Part shown: piece after piece, positions 1-9,200 of the stretch
Position numbering within the stretch: position 1 is the first letter of the stretch
How the letters are laid out: each line of letters begins with the position of its first letter
DNA from: an uncultured candidate division Zixibacteria bacterium
GTDB lineage: Bacteria > Zixibacteria > MSB-5A5 > GN15 > PGXB01
Assembly (NCBI GenBank): GCA_963702205.1
Contig: OY969724.1
Span: 3,744,001 to 3,808,000, forward strand
Length of the DNA stretch: 64,000 nucleotides
Direction: 5' to 3'
The notes under the pieces: generated by a model
Seen by the model: only the letters and a program-made list of their open reading frames with translations
Told to the model about the DNA's origin: nothing
The model's database searches: none
Position numbers and translations under genes: made by a program

Positions 1-920
1 TCAGTCTTGATCAAAATATGACCCGACGGTGTAATTCGGCATGACGTCTGATTGGATCTCAACCGAACGGTCAGGTAAATCATGTATTCGTGAATACTGT
101 TTATGCGTTCGTCGATACGATCCATATCCGCCAGAACCGCGGCCGCCGCGATATTGGCCAGAATATGCGGACTGTGGCCCAGGCGATAACGGTTCAACAT
201 TTTAAGATTATCCGGATGTGACAGTACGAACCCGAACGGCTGAGCTTCGAGACCGTAAACCCCGCCAAACGAACGTACCACGAACAAATTGCGGTAACGC
301 TTCACGAGATGGGCCAATGAGTACTGACGCAGCATCAAGGTGCTTTCGTCGACAATAACCATCGCCCGGCCGGCGTTATCGAGAAGGTAGCGCGCTTCGG
401 AATCACTCAATACGGCACCGCCCGGAAGTGACGGCTGCCCGATATAAATCAGCCGAGAGAAATCATTGACCCTTTCTATCAACCGGTCGACGTTGACATC
501 GAATGGGGTCGGATTATTAACTTTCGTAACTCGCACACCGAAGGAATCGGCGTGACTGGTAATTCCACTCATCGTCGGCGCCGCGATCAGGATTTCCACG
601 CCCGGTTCAAGATACGTCCGGCAAATGGCTTCGAGAGCCACGTCGGCTCCGGCGTAGGTCTGAATATAATCATCCTCCAGGCCGCAGAATCCGGATAGGG
701 TACGGTGCAGCTCATTTTCATCATATTCGAAATGCCGGAATGTTTCCTGTCCCGGATTTTTGAGAGCATCAAGAACTTTTTCGGTCGGCAGCCAAATCGT
801 TTCGTGGGCCAACGATACTGCTTCGATATCGTCGCGAGCCTGAACACCTTTTACTGCGCTGCCAACGGCGGCGTCAACGTCGGCCGTTGTACCATTATGC
901 TTGGAATCCGTTTGCACCAT
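1..920 (-). CDS. HisC-like class I/II aminotransferase-fold protein; partial (runs off the window edge); PLP-lysine motif degenerate
   Basis: Absent from the ORF track (no stop in window). Manual translation from ATG 920, which overlaps the PHP stop as ATGA: MVQTDSK...AGADVALEAICRTYLEPG...VIVDEST...RNLFVVRSFGGVYGLEAQPFGF. Aligns by eye to HisC '[21 protein letters not shown]'. Confidence 0.8.
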   Translation of the reverse strand, partial: MVQTDSKHNGTTADVDAAVGSAVKGVQARDDIEAVSLAHETIWLPTEKVLDALKNPGQETFRHFEYDENELHRTLSGFCGLEDDYIQTYAGADVALEAICRTYLEPGVEILIAAPTMSGITSHADSFGVRVTKVNNPTPFDVNVDRLIERVNDFSRLIYIGQPSLPGGAVLSDSEARYLLDNAGRAMVIVDESTLMLRQYSLAHLVKRYRNLFVVRSFGGVYGLEAQPFGFVLSHPDNLKMLNRYRLGHSPHILANIAAAAVLADMDRIDERINSIHEYMIYLTVRLRSNQTSCRITPSGHILIKT

Positions 921-1702
921 CAGGACTGGTCTCCATCGGTTTTATTCGGTTTGCGATACAAATTCCTGATCGATGACATGACCGGCCCTATGGTTGCATC
1001 GACTATCTTGCCCAGAAGGCTGCTTCTGCCATCGTGACGTGCGGTCTTGACCACTGCCTCATCTCTTTCGGCACTGTACGCTTCATAGCGAAGCAGACGA
1101 GGAGCGTCAAGCAGGGTTTTTTTGATTTCATTAAGATCATTTGTATCGAAGTCTTCGATTTCGAGATAGGCCTTGCCGATATCGGCGATGCCGTGCGCAT
1201 TGCTCCCGGAACACACGGCCATTTCGGGATTCACCGTCAAAAATTTGCCGGTATCTGTAAGGTCTTCCGGGTCGGCCCCGTACGTGAACGCCTCGACCAG
1301 GTCGATCTGTCCGAGAATCTTTTCGAACTGCTCGCCATCGTAAATTTTTTCCTGGAACCGATGGCTCAAAAATCCTGACCCTTCCCGAAACGGATGCGGC
1401 ATCACAACCAAACCGTCCTGGGCGTGAATCTCGTCGATTATATCGAAAATATCCCGGCTGATAATTTCGCTTTGCAGAAACAGCCCGATAATATGTGTCC
1501 CCTGTATCGAGGTAATCTCCATGCCGGGAATAATCGTAATTTGGGGAGATAATTTTCCGACAAGTCCTATGGCCGACATCGTATCGTGGTCGGTGATCGC
1601 GATTGCATCGAGACCGGCCGCTTCGGCGGCGCGGATTATTTCGGCCGGTTCGCTCGACGAGTCGAACGAATGACTGGTATGAACGTGAAGGTCCAGTTTC
1701 AT
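920..1702 (-). CDS. PHP-domain metallohydrolase
   Basis: DLHVHTSHS, AITDHD, GMEI, HPFR, and GSNAH (usually GSDAH). Confidence 0.9.
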   Translation of the reverse strand: MKLDLHVHTSHSFDSSSEPAEIIRAAEAAGLDAIAITDHDTMSAIGLVGKLSPQITIIPGMEITSIQGTHIIGLFLQSEIISRDIFDIIDEIHAQDGLVVMPHPFREGSGFLSHRFQEKIYDGEQFEKILGQIDLVEAFTYGADPEDLTDTGKFLTVNPEMAVCSGSNAHGIADIGKAYLEIEDFDTNDLNEIKKTLLDAPRLLRYEAYSAERDEAVVKTARHDGRSSLLGKIVDATIGPVMSSIRNLYRKPNKTDGDQS

Positions 1703-1737
1703 TTAATTGCCATCCATAGCATTTTTAGCTAACCGAA

Positions 1738-1754
1738 TTGCAATAGTGATGCCC
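1738..1754 (-). promoter_or_regulatory. Putative sigma54 (-24/-12) promoter of the PHP gene
   Basis: Minus strand GGGCATCACTATTGCAA = GG-N10-GC, about 35 nt upstream of ATG 1702. Confidence 0.6.
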
Positions 1755-1903
1755 GAAAGGGCTTTTTTGTTTCGATTCGGAACGATTTTTAAGAGACTTA
1801 ACCGCAACGGCTTATATTGGACAAAGGCAATGAATCTGGTGTAACCAGGAAGGAATTGTAAAGAATATTGAATATTTTTCCTTTATTGATGGAACGTAAT
1901 TCC

Positions 1904-1948
1904 AAAAATTAGGGCCGCCCGGCGGGAGTTACTTTTGCCGGGCGGCCC
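1904..1948 (-). terminator. Intrinsic terminator after the Wza-like gene
   Basis: 12-bp GC stem GGGCCGCCCGGC/GCCGGGCGGCCC (1912-1948), followed on the minus strand by TAATTTTT. Confidence 0.7.
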
Positions 1949-1978
1949 AATTGGAAGGTGAGAATGGGTTGTTTGTCG

Positions 1979-4300
1979 TTATAGTCTGTCTATTATCAGG
2001 ACGGATGTCAACACTCCGCCCAGTATCGTCGCTACGGTTGAAGCCGATTTCAGCCAGTCATGCTGCTTCTTTATCTCGATCGGGACGAAGATTACGTCAC
2101 CGACGTCGACTTTCTTGTGCATGGTGCCGTTCCTGGCATATACCTGCCCATTGGCTTTAATAAGTTTAGTATCCGATTTTTGCGCCTGGCTGGTAAAATT
2201 CCCGGCCTGCTTTATATAATATTCAACCGACCTGTTATTATCGTACTTGATAGTCCCGTTCGAGGCGACCGCACCGATGACGGACACGCCGCTGGGGACT
2301 TCCGGTACGTATATATAATCGTTTTGCTGAAGCCTGATATCTCCCTCACGACCCTCGGTCGAGAAAATCTTATCGACGTCGACTATAATCCGGTTCATTT
2401 TATTCGGATCGAAGGTTCCCGTGTCGAGCTTGTGGACGTTGCCGATGGAATCCTCGACTAATGGCTGTGAGCTGGAAATTATCTCCGGTATGTTCTGACG
2501 TACCAGATCATTGCCTATCGATTTGCGCTGCAGGACCAATCCTCGGGGAAAAGCCCGTTCGGTAAACCCACCGGCACGTCGTAATAGATGGTACAAAGTT
2601 TCCTCACCCGATAGCAATGAATATCGTCCGGGGAAACGCACTTCGCCTTCGATATCGACCAAGCGGTGCAAAAACCAGTCGGGGATTTCACGGACAAACA
2701 GGCGGTCGTCTTCTTTCAGTTCGATCTGCCGCATTCGATCATCGGTGATATCTATGATCTGGGTCGTGATGGACCCGGCCTTATCGGTCCGGGCTAGTTC
2801 CACCCGGTACTTATAGGCGTTGCGCTTCAAATTCCCGGCCAGAAATATCAGGTCGTACACGGTCATACTGTCGTACAACCGGTATTTTCCGGGGTCTTTT
2901 ATCTCCCCGTCTATATAAACGTACTTGTTCCACTCGACTTCATCGATGCTGTAAACATAAAGCGAATCGAGGTCTTTCAATTTGTAGTCTTTTTCACCGT
3001 CCAGCACTTCTTTCAGATTGATCGGAATTATCTCAACCCGGCGGTCGGGGTACTTACGGAAGATATTGGCTCGGTCGAGATACACGTTGTCCGGCCGCAG
3101 TTCTCCCCGCGCGATCAGGTCCGATACGGTTGTCGAATCGGTCCGTTCGTACGTACCCGGGTGCTGCACCATCCCGCCGATTTTCACCACGTTGCGGTGA
3201 ACGTCGAAAACGGAAAAGACCGTGACTTTGTCGCCATCGGACAGACATATATCCGGATTTCGTTCTTTTTCATTAGGATTGAGATTGACATCGAGGACGA
3301 TCTTCTTGTTGTCGTCGGAAATCCTGTCCAGCATAATCCGGTCGAGAAAAGCCTCGGCGGTTGTCCCCCCGGCCAGATCAATCAATTGCTCGACCGTCTC
3401 GACCTCGGACAGCTCATAAATAGCCGGACGCTTTACCTCGCCGGTTATGGTGACGCGCGGCCCGGACACCGGAACAAAAATAGCATCGCCCGATTCCAGC
3501 CGGATATCGCCTTCCGCGTCGCCCTTTAATAAAAAGCTGTAAATATCAACCGTCTTTTCAAGATGATTGTTGCGGATCAGGCGGATATTGCGCAGCGATC
3601 CGCGCTCGTTCGGACCTCCAGCCAGGTACAGGGCATTAAATAAAGTCGTCAGAGAACTGACCGTGTACGCACCGGGTTTCTTGACTTCGCCGGTAAGGTA
3701 CACCCGGATCGAGCGTATCTTGCCCAGCGAAACCGACGTTTTAAAATCCGTATATACCTTCGATAATTTCTGCTCGATATCGGAAGTGAAATCGGCAATG
3801 GTCATGCCCCAAGCCGTGGTCGTCCCGATCTTGGGAATGAACACGTTACCCTGCCGGTCGATAGTAAGATTGTACTCTTTTTCGACCCGCCCCCATATGT
3901 TGATGATAATATTGTCACCGGGACCGAGGACATAATCCGAAGCCGCGGCCACGTCGATCGGTCGCGACAGCTCATTCGGCGAATTGAACAGATCGTATCC
4001 GAACGGCCGAAGATTTTTGGGATTGTCTTTATGCGGCGTTGCCGTTGTCTCCGCTATTGAGGGTGTCTTGATTTCCGGCGTTTCCGCATCGGTGGAAGTT
4101 CCGGCCGCTTCATCGGTGGTGAAATAGTCGGGGCTGTTGTAGGTCGAAGTTGATTTTTCGGTCGGCAGGCTGCCGGGATTTTCCTTCAGATAGGCGTTTA
4201 TCAGGCTGTCGTCGACATTTTCATTGCAGAACGCCGGTCGAAACCAGGTTATCGACATGAGGATCAGTACAAATAAAGCCAGTAAAATTAACTTCTTCAT
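1979..4300 (-). CDS. Polysaccharide export protein with Poly_export and multiple SLBB domains (Wza/KpsD-like)
   Basis: Signal peptide, FGYDLF, YVLGPGD, repeated GEVxxPG and LAGG SLBB motifs, C-terminal hydrophobic helix. Confidence 0.92.
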   Translation of the reverse strand: MKKLILLALFVLILMSITWFRPAFCNENVDDSLINAYLKENPGSLPTEKSTSTYNSPDYFTTDEAAGTSTDAETPEIKTPSIAETTATPHKDNPKNLRPFGYDLFNSPNELSRPIDVAAASDYVLGPGDNIIINIWGRVEKEYNLTIDRQGNVFIPKIGTTTAWGMTIADFTSDIEQKLSKVYTDFKTSVSLGKIRSIRVYLTGEVKKPGAYTVSSLTTLFNALYLAGGPNERGSLRNIRLIRNNHLEKTVDIYSFLLKGDAEGDIRLESGDAIFVPVSGPRVTITGEVKRPAIYELSEVETVEQLIDLAGGTTAEAFLDRIMLDRISDDNKKIVLDVNLNPNEKERNPDICLSDGDKVTVFSVFDVHRNVVKIGGMVQHPGTYERTDSTTVSDLIARGELRPDNVYLDRANIFRKYPDRRVEIIPINLKEVLDGEKDYKLKDLDSLYVYSIDEVEWNKYVYIDGEIKDPGKYRLYDSMTVYDLIFLAGNLKRNAYKYRVELARTDKAGSITTQIIDITDDRMRQIELKEDDRLFVREIPDWFLHRLVDIEGEVRFPGRYSLLSGEETLYHLLRRAGGFTERAFPRGLVLQRKSIGNDLVRQNIPEIISSSQPLVEDSIGNVHKLDTGTFDPNKMNRIIVDVDKIFSTEGREGDIRLQQNDYIYVPEVPSGVSVIGAVASNGTIKYDNNRSVEYYIKQAGNFTSQAQKSDTKLIKANGQVYARNGTMHKKVDVGDVIFVPIEIKKQHDWLKSASTVATILGGVLTSVLIIDRL

Positions 4301-4346
4301 CTCAACCTTCCTTGTAATTCATCATAACTCCATTCTCACTGAACCG

Positions 4347-4365
4347 TAAATCAAAGATCGTGCCA
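4347..4365 (-). promoter_or_regulatory. Putative sigma54-type promoter, variant -12 (GA)
   Basis: Minus strand TGGCACGATCTTTGATTTA; near-identical motifs at 23728 and 37831. Confidence 0.55.
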
Positions 4366-4531
4366 TTTTGTCGCCGGATGTAACCTGTTATAAGACATCA
4401 CATTTTGATAAAGAACAAGCTAAGTAAAGTTGAAGCTGGGAAGATTTTGGCCGATGACCTCGGAAAAATTTTCGTGTTAATCCGATCAATTTGGTCTTTT
4501 ATATTCGGCCGATTTTATTATAATAGGACCT

Positions 4532-5014
4532 ATGGACAACAAACCTGTTTATCTGTCAAAAGACGGACTTCGCAAACTCGAAGTGGAGTTGAAGAAGCTC
4601 AAGTACAAGGATCGGCCGGAGATTATTTCCGAAATCAAGCGGGCTCGGGAGTTGGGTGATTTAAGCGAAAATGCCGAATATCACGCCGCCAAAGAAGCCC
4701 AAACCCATATTGAAAGAAAAATCGCCGAACTGGAAGACAAGCTGAGTCGTGCCAGAACTCTCGACACGGATAACATTCCGTCGGACAAGGCTTATATTTT
4801 CGCCAGGGTTACGATTAAGGATTTGAAAAAGGGATTTGAAATCGAGTATACGCTGGTGCCGCCGGACGAGGCCGACGTCGACAACGACATGATTTCCACG
4901 ATGTCACCGGTTGGTGCGGCACTTCTCGGCAAGGGGGTCGGCGAAAAAATCGATATTAAAGTCCCGGCCGGACTTCTGCAGTACGAAATCATTAAGATCT
5001 CACGCGATCAATAA
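4532..5014 (+). CDS. greA: Transcription elongation factor GreA
   Basis: ARELGDLSENAEYHAAK and ISTMSPVGAALLGK signatures. Confidence 0.97.
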   Translation: MDNKPVYLSKDGLRKLEVELKKLKYKDRPEIISEIKRARELGDLSENAEYHAAKEAQTHIERKIAELEDKLSRARTLDTDNIPSDKAYIFARVTIKDLKKGFEIEYTLVPPDEADVDNDMISTMSPVGAALLGKGVGEKIDIKVPAGLLQYEIIKISRDQ

Positions 5015-5043
5015 AAAAATCCCCGGCCGTATTCGCCGGGGAT
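5013..5043 (-). terminator. Hairpin terminator between convergent greA and the small gene
   Basis: Stem ATCCCCGGC/GCCGGGGAT with an A-run on the left (U-tail on the minus strand). Confidence 0.65.
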
Positions 5044-5067
5044 GCATTTCTTCCTTAATGTCTGGAT

Positions 5068-5262
5068 TTATTCTTCGTAGTCGTAAACTTCAAGATCCAG
5101 ATCGTCCTGGTCGTACTCACCGTCTTCAGCATCATCAAGATAGGTGTCGTCATCTTCTTCTATTTCGGACGCCATGTTGGCGCATTCGACCGAACAGAAG
5201 AACTCTCCGTCCTGCTTGATAGGGTTGCCATTGATGTGCTCGCCGCAAAATTCACAGCGCAT
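5068..5262 (-). CDS. Small TRASH/FCS-type zinc-binding protein with a very acidic tail
   Basis: CEFC...FCSVEC; AGGAGG Shine-Dalgarno 7 nt before ATG; downstream terminator. Confidence 0.75.
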   Translation of the reverse strand: MRCEFCGEHINGNPIKQDGEFFCSVECANMASEIEEDDDTYLDDAEDGEYDQDDLDLEVYDYEE

Positions 5263-5507
5263 CTTTCATCCTCCTAAGCCTGATTGCAACGCTGTCTTCC
5301 GGGACTTAACAGGTCAATATCCCGGTCGGGTGGACAAAAATTTCAAAGACCCATAAACACGCTTTGAATTAATCTTTCGTCATATATGACGACAAATAAA
5401 GCATTCCGGATTATTTTTTTTCAAGAATTTTTTTATTGTTTTCAAAAAATTTTTTGCGGCCCCCATATACCACAAAAGCCCCCTTTTTAACCTGTAAAAG
5501 TGCGGAT

Positions 5508-6023
5508 TTAAACCTCCGGCGGCTGACCGCCGAAATTGGCCCATTCCTCTTTTGACGGCCCGTAAATTCCGGGGACTTTCAGCCCGGCCTGGCGCATCAG
5601 AACCGTCATCTGGCCCACATGATGTATCTCGTGGTCAATCAATATCTTAAGTGACATACCGCGCTTCCACTTCTCGCCATACATATCGTCCTCGACCATC
5701 ATGTCTTCGTCCTTCCACCCTTTAACCTGTTCGGTCAACGAGCCAGCCAATGCCTTGTAGCCCTTGACAATGTCGGCCGCTTTGGCCGGAATCGGGTCTT
5801 TCTCGGCCGGACCCTCGAGCTTCATCCCCAGATGCGATGGCATTTCGGCGATGGTCGTAACCACGTGCCAGGCCACCCGGCCCAGAGTGCGGTTTTCGCC
5901 GGTTATCGCCTGTTTCAGGCTGTCGTCGGAGAGTGTTTCAAGAATTTTGATGGTCCTCCCAGAATGGGCCTCCCACGTTTTGACGAACGAATCGACCGAC
6001 GTGAACATCAGATTTCCAAACAT
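5508..6023 (-). CDS. DinB/YfiT family protein
   Basis: RTLGRVAWH and HEIHHVGQ metal-binding motifs; C-terminal VPGIYGPSKEEW. Confidence 0.9.
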   Translation of the reverse strand: MFGNLMFTSVDSFVKTWEAHSGRTIKILETLSDDSLKQAITGENRTLGRVAWHVVTTIAEMPSHLGMKLEGPAEKDPIPAKAADIVKGYKALAGSLTEQVKGWKDEDMMVEDDMYGEKWKRGMSLKILIDHEIHHVGQMTVLMRQAGLKVPGIYGPSKEEWANFGGQPPEV

Positions 6024-6218
6024 ATTAATATACCTCGCTTAAACAGGTTTCAGATTATCCGGTTTTGGTTATTATACGCCCCGGTGTTCCGGCTGACAAT
6101 CACTTTGTTTTTTGCGGAGATAATATCTTTCGCTCTTAATTATATTTGTTACTTATTATTATCTTTAATTATCATTATTTGGTAAAAGAATATACAGCCT
6201 TAAAAATATAGAGGGATT

Positions 6219-6647
6219 ATGATTAAAATATTATTACCGATTCTGGCAATCGCGATCTTTTTTGCACCAGCAATTTCGGCCGATGAAATCGTGCCGGTTA
6301 TTTCAATCGACAGCCTCCCTCCGTCGGTGATTACAACCGTACCCCAATTCGGCGATACCGCGGTGGACCCCGGCCTGAAAGAAATCCGCGTGACATTCAG
6401 CAAAGAAATGAAAGTGACCGGCCACTGCTGGTCATGGTGCTCGATACAAGACGGCGCCTTTCCTAAGCTCGACGGGAAAACGGAATTCCTGCCGGACAAT
6501 CGCACCTGCGTCCTCCATGTGTCGCTCGAGCCGGAAAAAACCTATGCCATCTGGATAAACACCGATCAGTACCATTCTTTCCAGGACCCGCAAGGCCACA
6601 CCGCCGTGCCATACCTGCTGGTTTTTAAGACGGCCACAGTCAAGTAG
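6219..6647 (+). CDS. Secreted Ig-like (Big_5/SbsA-like) domain protein
   Basis: Signal peptide; PPSVITTVP-x2-GDTAVDP-x3-EIRVTFSKEM; LEPEKTYAIWIN. Confidence 0.75.
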   Translation: MIKILLPILAIAIFFAPAISADEIVPVISIDSLPPSVITTVPQFGDTAVDPGLKEIRVTFSKEMKVTGHCWSWCSIQDGAFPKLDGKTEFLPDNRTCVLHVSLEPEKTYAIWINTDQYHSFQDPQGHTAVPYLLVFKTATVK

Positions 6648-6729
6648 GTCGGGTTCCGAGTCTTCGAGAAACCCGACAAAAAGATGTCGGGTTTTTCATC
6701 CTGTAAACGGGATTCAGAACCCGACCTAC
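6644..6729. repeat. REPIN-like element: two inverted GTAG-capped REP palindromes
   Basis: GTAGGTCGGGTTC...AAACCCGAC, spacer, GTCGGGTTT...GAACCCGACCTAC. Its GTAG supplies the TAG stop of the upstream gene. Confidence 0.8.
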
Positions 6730-6785
6730 TATTACTGTGGGCGACCCCGCAACCAGCATATTTGACCAAAACCCACAAAAACCTA

Positions 6786-6813
6786 TTGACAAATCGCGAA
6801 AACATCGTATAAT
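6786..6813 (+). promoter_or_regulatory. sigma70 promoter of the Cys-leader / cystathionine operon
   Basis: TTGACA-N16-TATAAT, both hexamers perfect consensus. Confidence 0.8.
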
Positions 6814-6821
6814 ATGGACAA

Positions 6822-6926
6822 ATGAAGTCTATCAAGTTAACATTTCGGAAGCCGACAACCAACAGCCTCGACATAACCGCCTGCTGCTGTTGTACTTCCT
6901 GCCGGGAGGCGGGGATGACGGCCTAA
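6822..6926 (+). CDS. Cysteine-rich leader peptide MKSIKLTFRKPTTNSLDITACCCCTSCREAGMTA (34 aa)
   Basis: Manual translation: TGC TGC TGT TGT at 6882-6893 and TGC at 6900; lies directly upstream of cysteine-forming enzymes. Confidence 0.85.
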   Translation: MKSIKLTFRKPTTNSLDITACCCCTSCREAGMTA

Positions 6927-6976
6927 AATTACGGCTCATCGACGCTTACCGGCCCCGTCTATTTCGGGGCTTTTTT
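6896..6976 (+). terminator. Attenuator with mutually exclusive 1:2, 2:3 and 3:4 (terminator) hairpins
   Basis: 1:2 TTCCTGCC/GGCGGGGA (6896-6915); 2:3 AGGCGGGG (6907-6914)/CCCCGTCT (6953-6960); 3:4 GCCCCG/CGGGGC followed by T6 (6952-6976). Confidence 0.8.
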
Positions 6977-6990
6977 ATTGGAGAAATTTT

Positions 6991-8022
6991 ATGAAATCAA
7001 ATGCCGTCCCAAAACACGACAAAATCACGGCGATTCGACCCCGGCCCTTTTATAAGGAGAGCATCGCCGATACCGTCGGCAACACGCCGCTGGTCCGGCT
7101 GCGCCACATGACCCGGAACCTCAGGGGCACCTTTCTGGTCAAACCGGAATTTCTGAATCCCTCGGGGTCGGTCAAAGACCGTATGGTCGTCTACGTTCTC
7201 GATGCCGCCGCAGCCGCAGGCGAACTCAAGCCCGGTGGCACAATTATCGAAGCGACGTCCGGCAACACTGGTGCGGCGGCGGCGATGTATGCCGCGGCCA
7301 ACGGCTACAAGGCCATCTTCACCATCCCGGACAAAATGTCCGACGAAAAAATCGACGCGCTAAAAGCGTTCGGAGCCGAGGTGCACGTCTGCCCGACCGC
7401 CGTCCCGCCCGATGATCCCCAAAGCTATTATGAAACCGCCAAACGTATTCACCGCGAAACACCGGGTTCATATTTTTTGGGCCAGTACGAAAACCAGAAA
7501 AATATCGAAGCTCATTACAGAAACACCGGCCCGGAAATCTGGGAACAAACCGAAGGTAAAATTACTATCCTGGTCGGCGGCATCGGTACCGGCGGCACTA
7601 TCTCCGGGACGGCTCGTTATCTGAAAGAACAAAATCCGGCTATACGAGTCGTCGCAGTCGATCCCGAAGGGTCGGTGTACTACGATCATTTCAAGAAAAA
7701 CGATCCTTCCGAGCCGCACCCCTATCTGGTCGAGGGAATCGGAGATGACATGCTCTGCCCCACGACCGATTTCAATGTAATCGACGAAATAATTCGCGTC
7801 TCCGACCGCGATTGCTTTCTGACCGCCCGCGAACTGGCCCGCACCGAGGGCATTCTCGGGGGAGGTTCCTCGGGCGGAGCGGTTTTCGCAGCCATGAAAT
7901 ACGCCCGTGCGAATATGTCTGCCGATGATATCGCCGTCATATTACTCCCCGACAGCGGCCTTAAGTACCTGAGTAAAATTTATTCCGACGCATGGATGCG
8001 CGAGAAGGGATTTATTGAATGA
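6991..8022 (+). CDS. Cystathionine beta-synthase / cysteine synthase family (PLP fold II)
   Basis: NPSGSVKDR, EATSGNTG, GIGTGGT, YLVEGIG, LPDSGLKYLSKIY; no C-terminal CBS domains. Confidence 0.92.
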   Translation: MKSNAVPKHDKITAIRPRPFYKESIADTVGNTPLVRLRHMTRNLRGTFLVKPEFLNPSGSVKDRMVVYVLDAAAAAGELKPGGTIIEATSGNTGAAAAMYAAANGYKAIFTIPDKMSDEKIDALKAFGAEVHVCPTAVPPDDPQSYYETAKRIHRETPGSYFLGQYENQKNIEAHYRNTGPEIWEQTEGKITILVGGIGTGGTISGTARYLKEQNPAIRVVAVDPEGSVYYDHFKKNDPSEPHPYLVEGIGDDMLCPTTDFNVIDEIIRVSDRDCFLTARELARTEGILGGGSSGGAVFAAMKYARANMSADDIAVILLPDSGLKYLSKIYSDAWMREKGFIE

Positions 8023-9185
8023 AGGATAAAAAGCATTTCAACACCCGCTCCGTCCATACCGGACGAGGATTCGACGGCGGCACCGGAGCCGTGACGACGC
8101 CGATATTCCAAACCTCGACCTATAAACTGGCCGCACCGGGCGATGATTCCGGCTATGTCTACAGCCGGACCGCCAACCCGACCCGCGCCGCCCTGGAGCA
8201 GTCTCTGGCCGATCTCGAAAACGGCGCGCACGGTTTCGCATTTGCCAGCGGTATGGCGGCGGTGAACACCGTCATGAACCTGCTTTCGGCGGGAGATCAT
8301 GTCGTTGTCGGTGATGATTTGTACGGCGGGTGTTTCAGACTATTCGATAAGGTCGCCAGTAAGTACAACATTGAATTTACGTGGGTCGACGGCCGCGATT
8401 CTTGCAATTTTGAGCGTGCCATTCAGGACAACACCAAGCTGCTCTGGCTGGAAACTCCGACCAATCCCCTGATCAGATTGTACGATATCGAGGCGGCGGC
8501 CTCGATAGCCCAAAAGGCCGGACTTCTTCTGGCGGTGGACAACACTTTCGCCACTCCGGCCATACAGAGGCCTTTGGAACTCGGCGCGGATATTGTGGTG
8601 CATTCACTGACGAAATATATCGGAGGGCACTGCGATACGGTCGGCGGAGCTATTGTCGTCAACGATGAATCTCTGGCTGAAAAGATCGGCTTCTATCAAA
8701 ACGCCGTCGGCGCCGTGCTCGGACCGTTCGATTCCTTTCTCGCTCTGCGTGGTCTCAAAACCCTGCCGCTTCGCATGGAGCGCCACAGTTATAATGCCCG
8801 CCAGATTACCGAATTTCTGGCGACCAGAAATGAAGTCAAAGAAGTGTACTATCCGGGGCTCGACGACTCCCCCCTGCCCAACCGCATGTCCGATACCGGG
8901 GGCATGGTCTCGTTCGTGCTCGATGCCGACCTCGAAACGGTCAGACGGTTTGTCATGTCGACCTCGGTTTTCATCCTGGCCGAATCGCTCGGCGGGGTGG
9001 AATCGCTGATCAACCACCCGGCCTCCATGACCCACGCCTCGATCCCGCCGGAAATTCGCCGCGAACGCGGCATCGACGACGGGCTCATTCGTTTATCCGT
9101 AGGATTGGAACATATAGATGATCTCATAATCGATCTGGAACAGGCCTTTCATTCAATAGAGAAAAACACGGTGCAGAAAAAATAA
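8019..9185 (+). CDS. Cystathionine gamma-lyase/synthase (Cys/Met metabolism PLP family)
   Basis: YSRTANPTR, WLETPTNP, VDNTFATP, HSLTKYIGGH, AESLGGVESL; ATGA overlap with the upstream gene. Confidence 0.93.
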   Translation: MKDKKHFNTRSVHTGRGFDGGTGAVTTPIFQTSTYKLAAPGDDSGYVYSRTANPTRAALEQSLADLENGAHGFAFASGMAAVNTVMNLLSAGDHVVVGDDLYGGCFRLFDKVASKYNIEFTWVDGRDSCNFERAIQDNTKLLWLETPTNPLIRLYDIEAAASIAQKAGLLLAVDNTFATPAIQRPLELGADIVVHSLTKYIGGHCDTVGGAIVVNDESLAEKIGFYQNAVGAVLGPFDSFLALRGLKTLPLRMERHSYNARQITEFLATRNEVKEVYYPGLDDSPLPNRMSDTGGMVSFVLDADLETVRRFVMSTSVFILAESLGGVESLINHPASMTHASIPPEIRRERGIDDGLIRLSVGLEHIDDLIIDLEQAFHSIEKNTVQKK

Positions 9186-9200
9186 ATCAGGAGAACGGTA

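Noticed and set aside
6737..6994. 85-aa track ORF, or a SAM riboswitch / T-box, upstream of CBS
   Set aside because: The ORF starts upstream of the promoter and has no recognisable features; no S-box or T-box consensus seen; the Cys leader in another frame explains the region.
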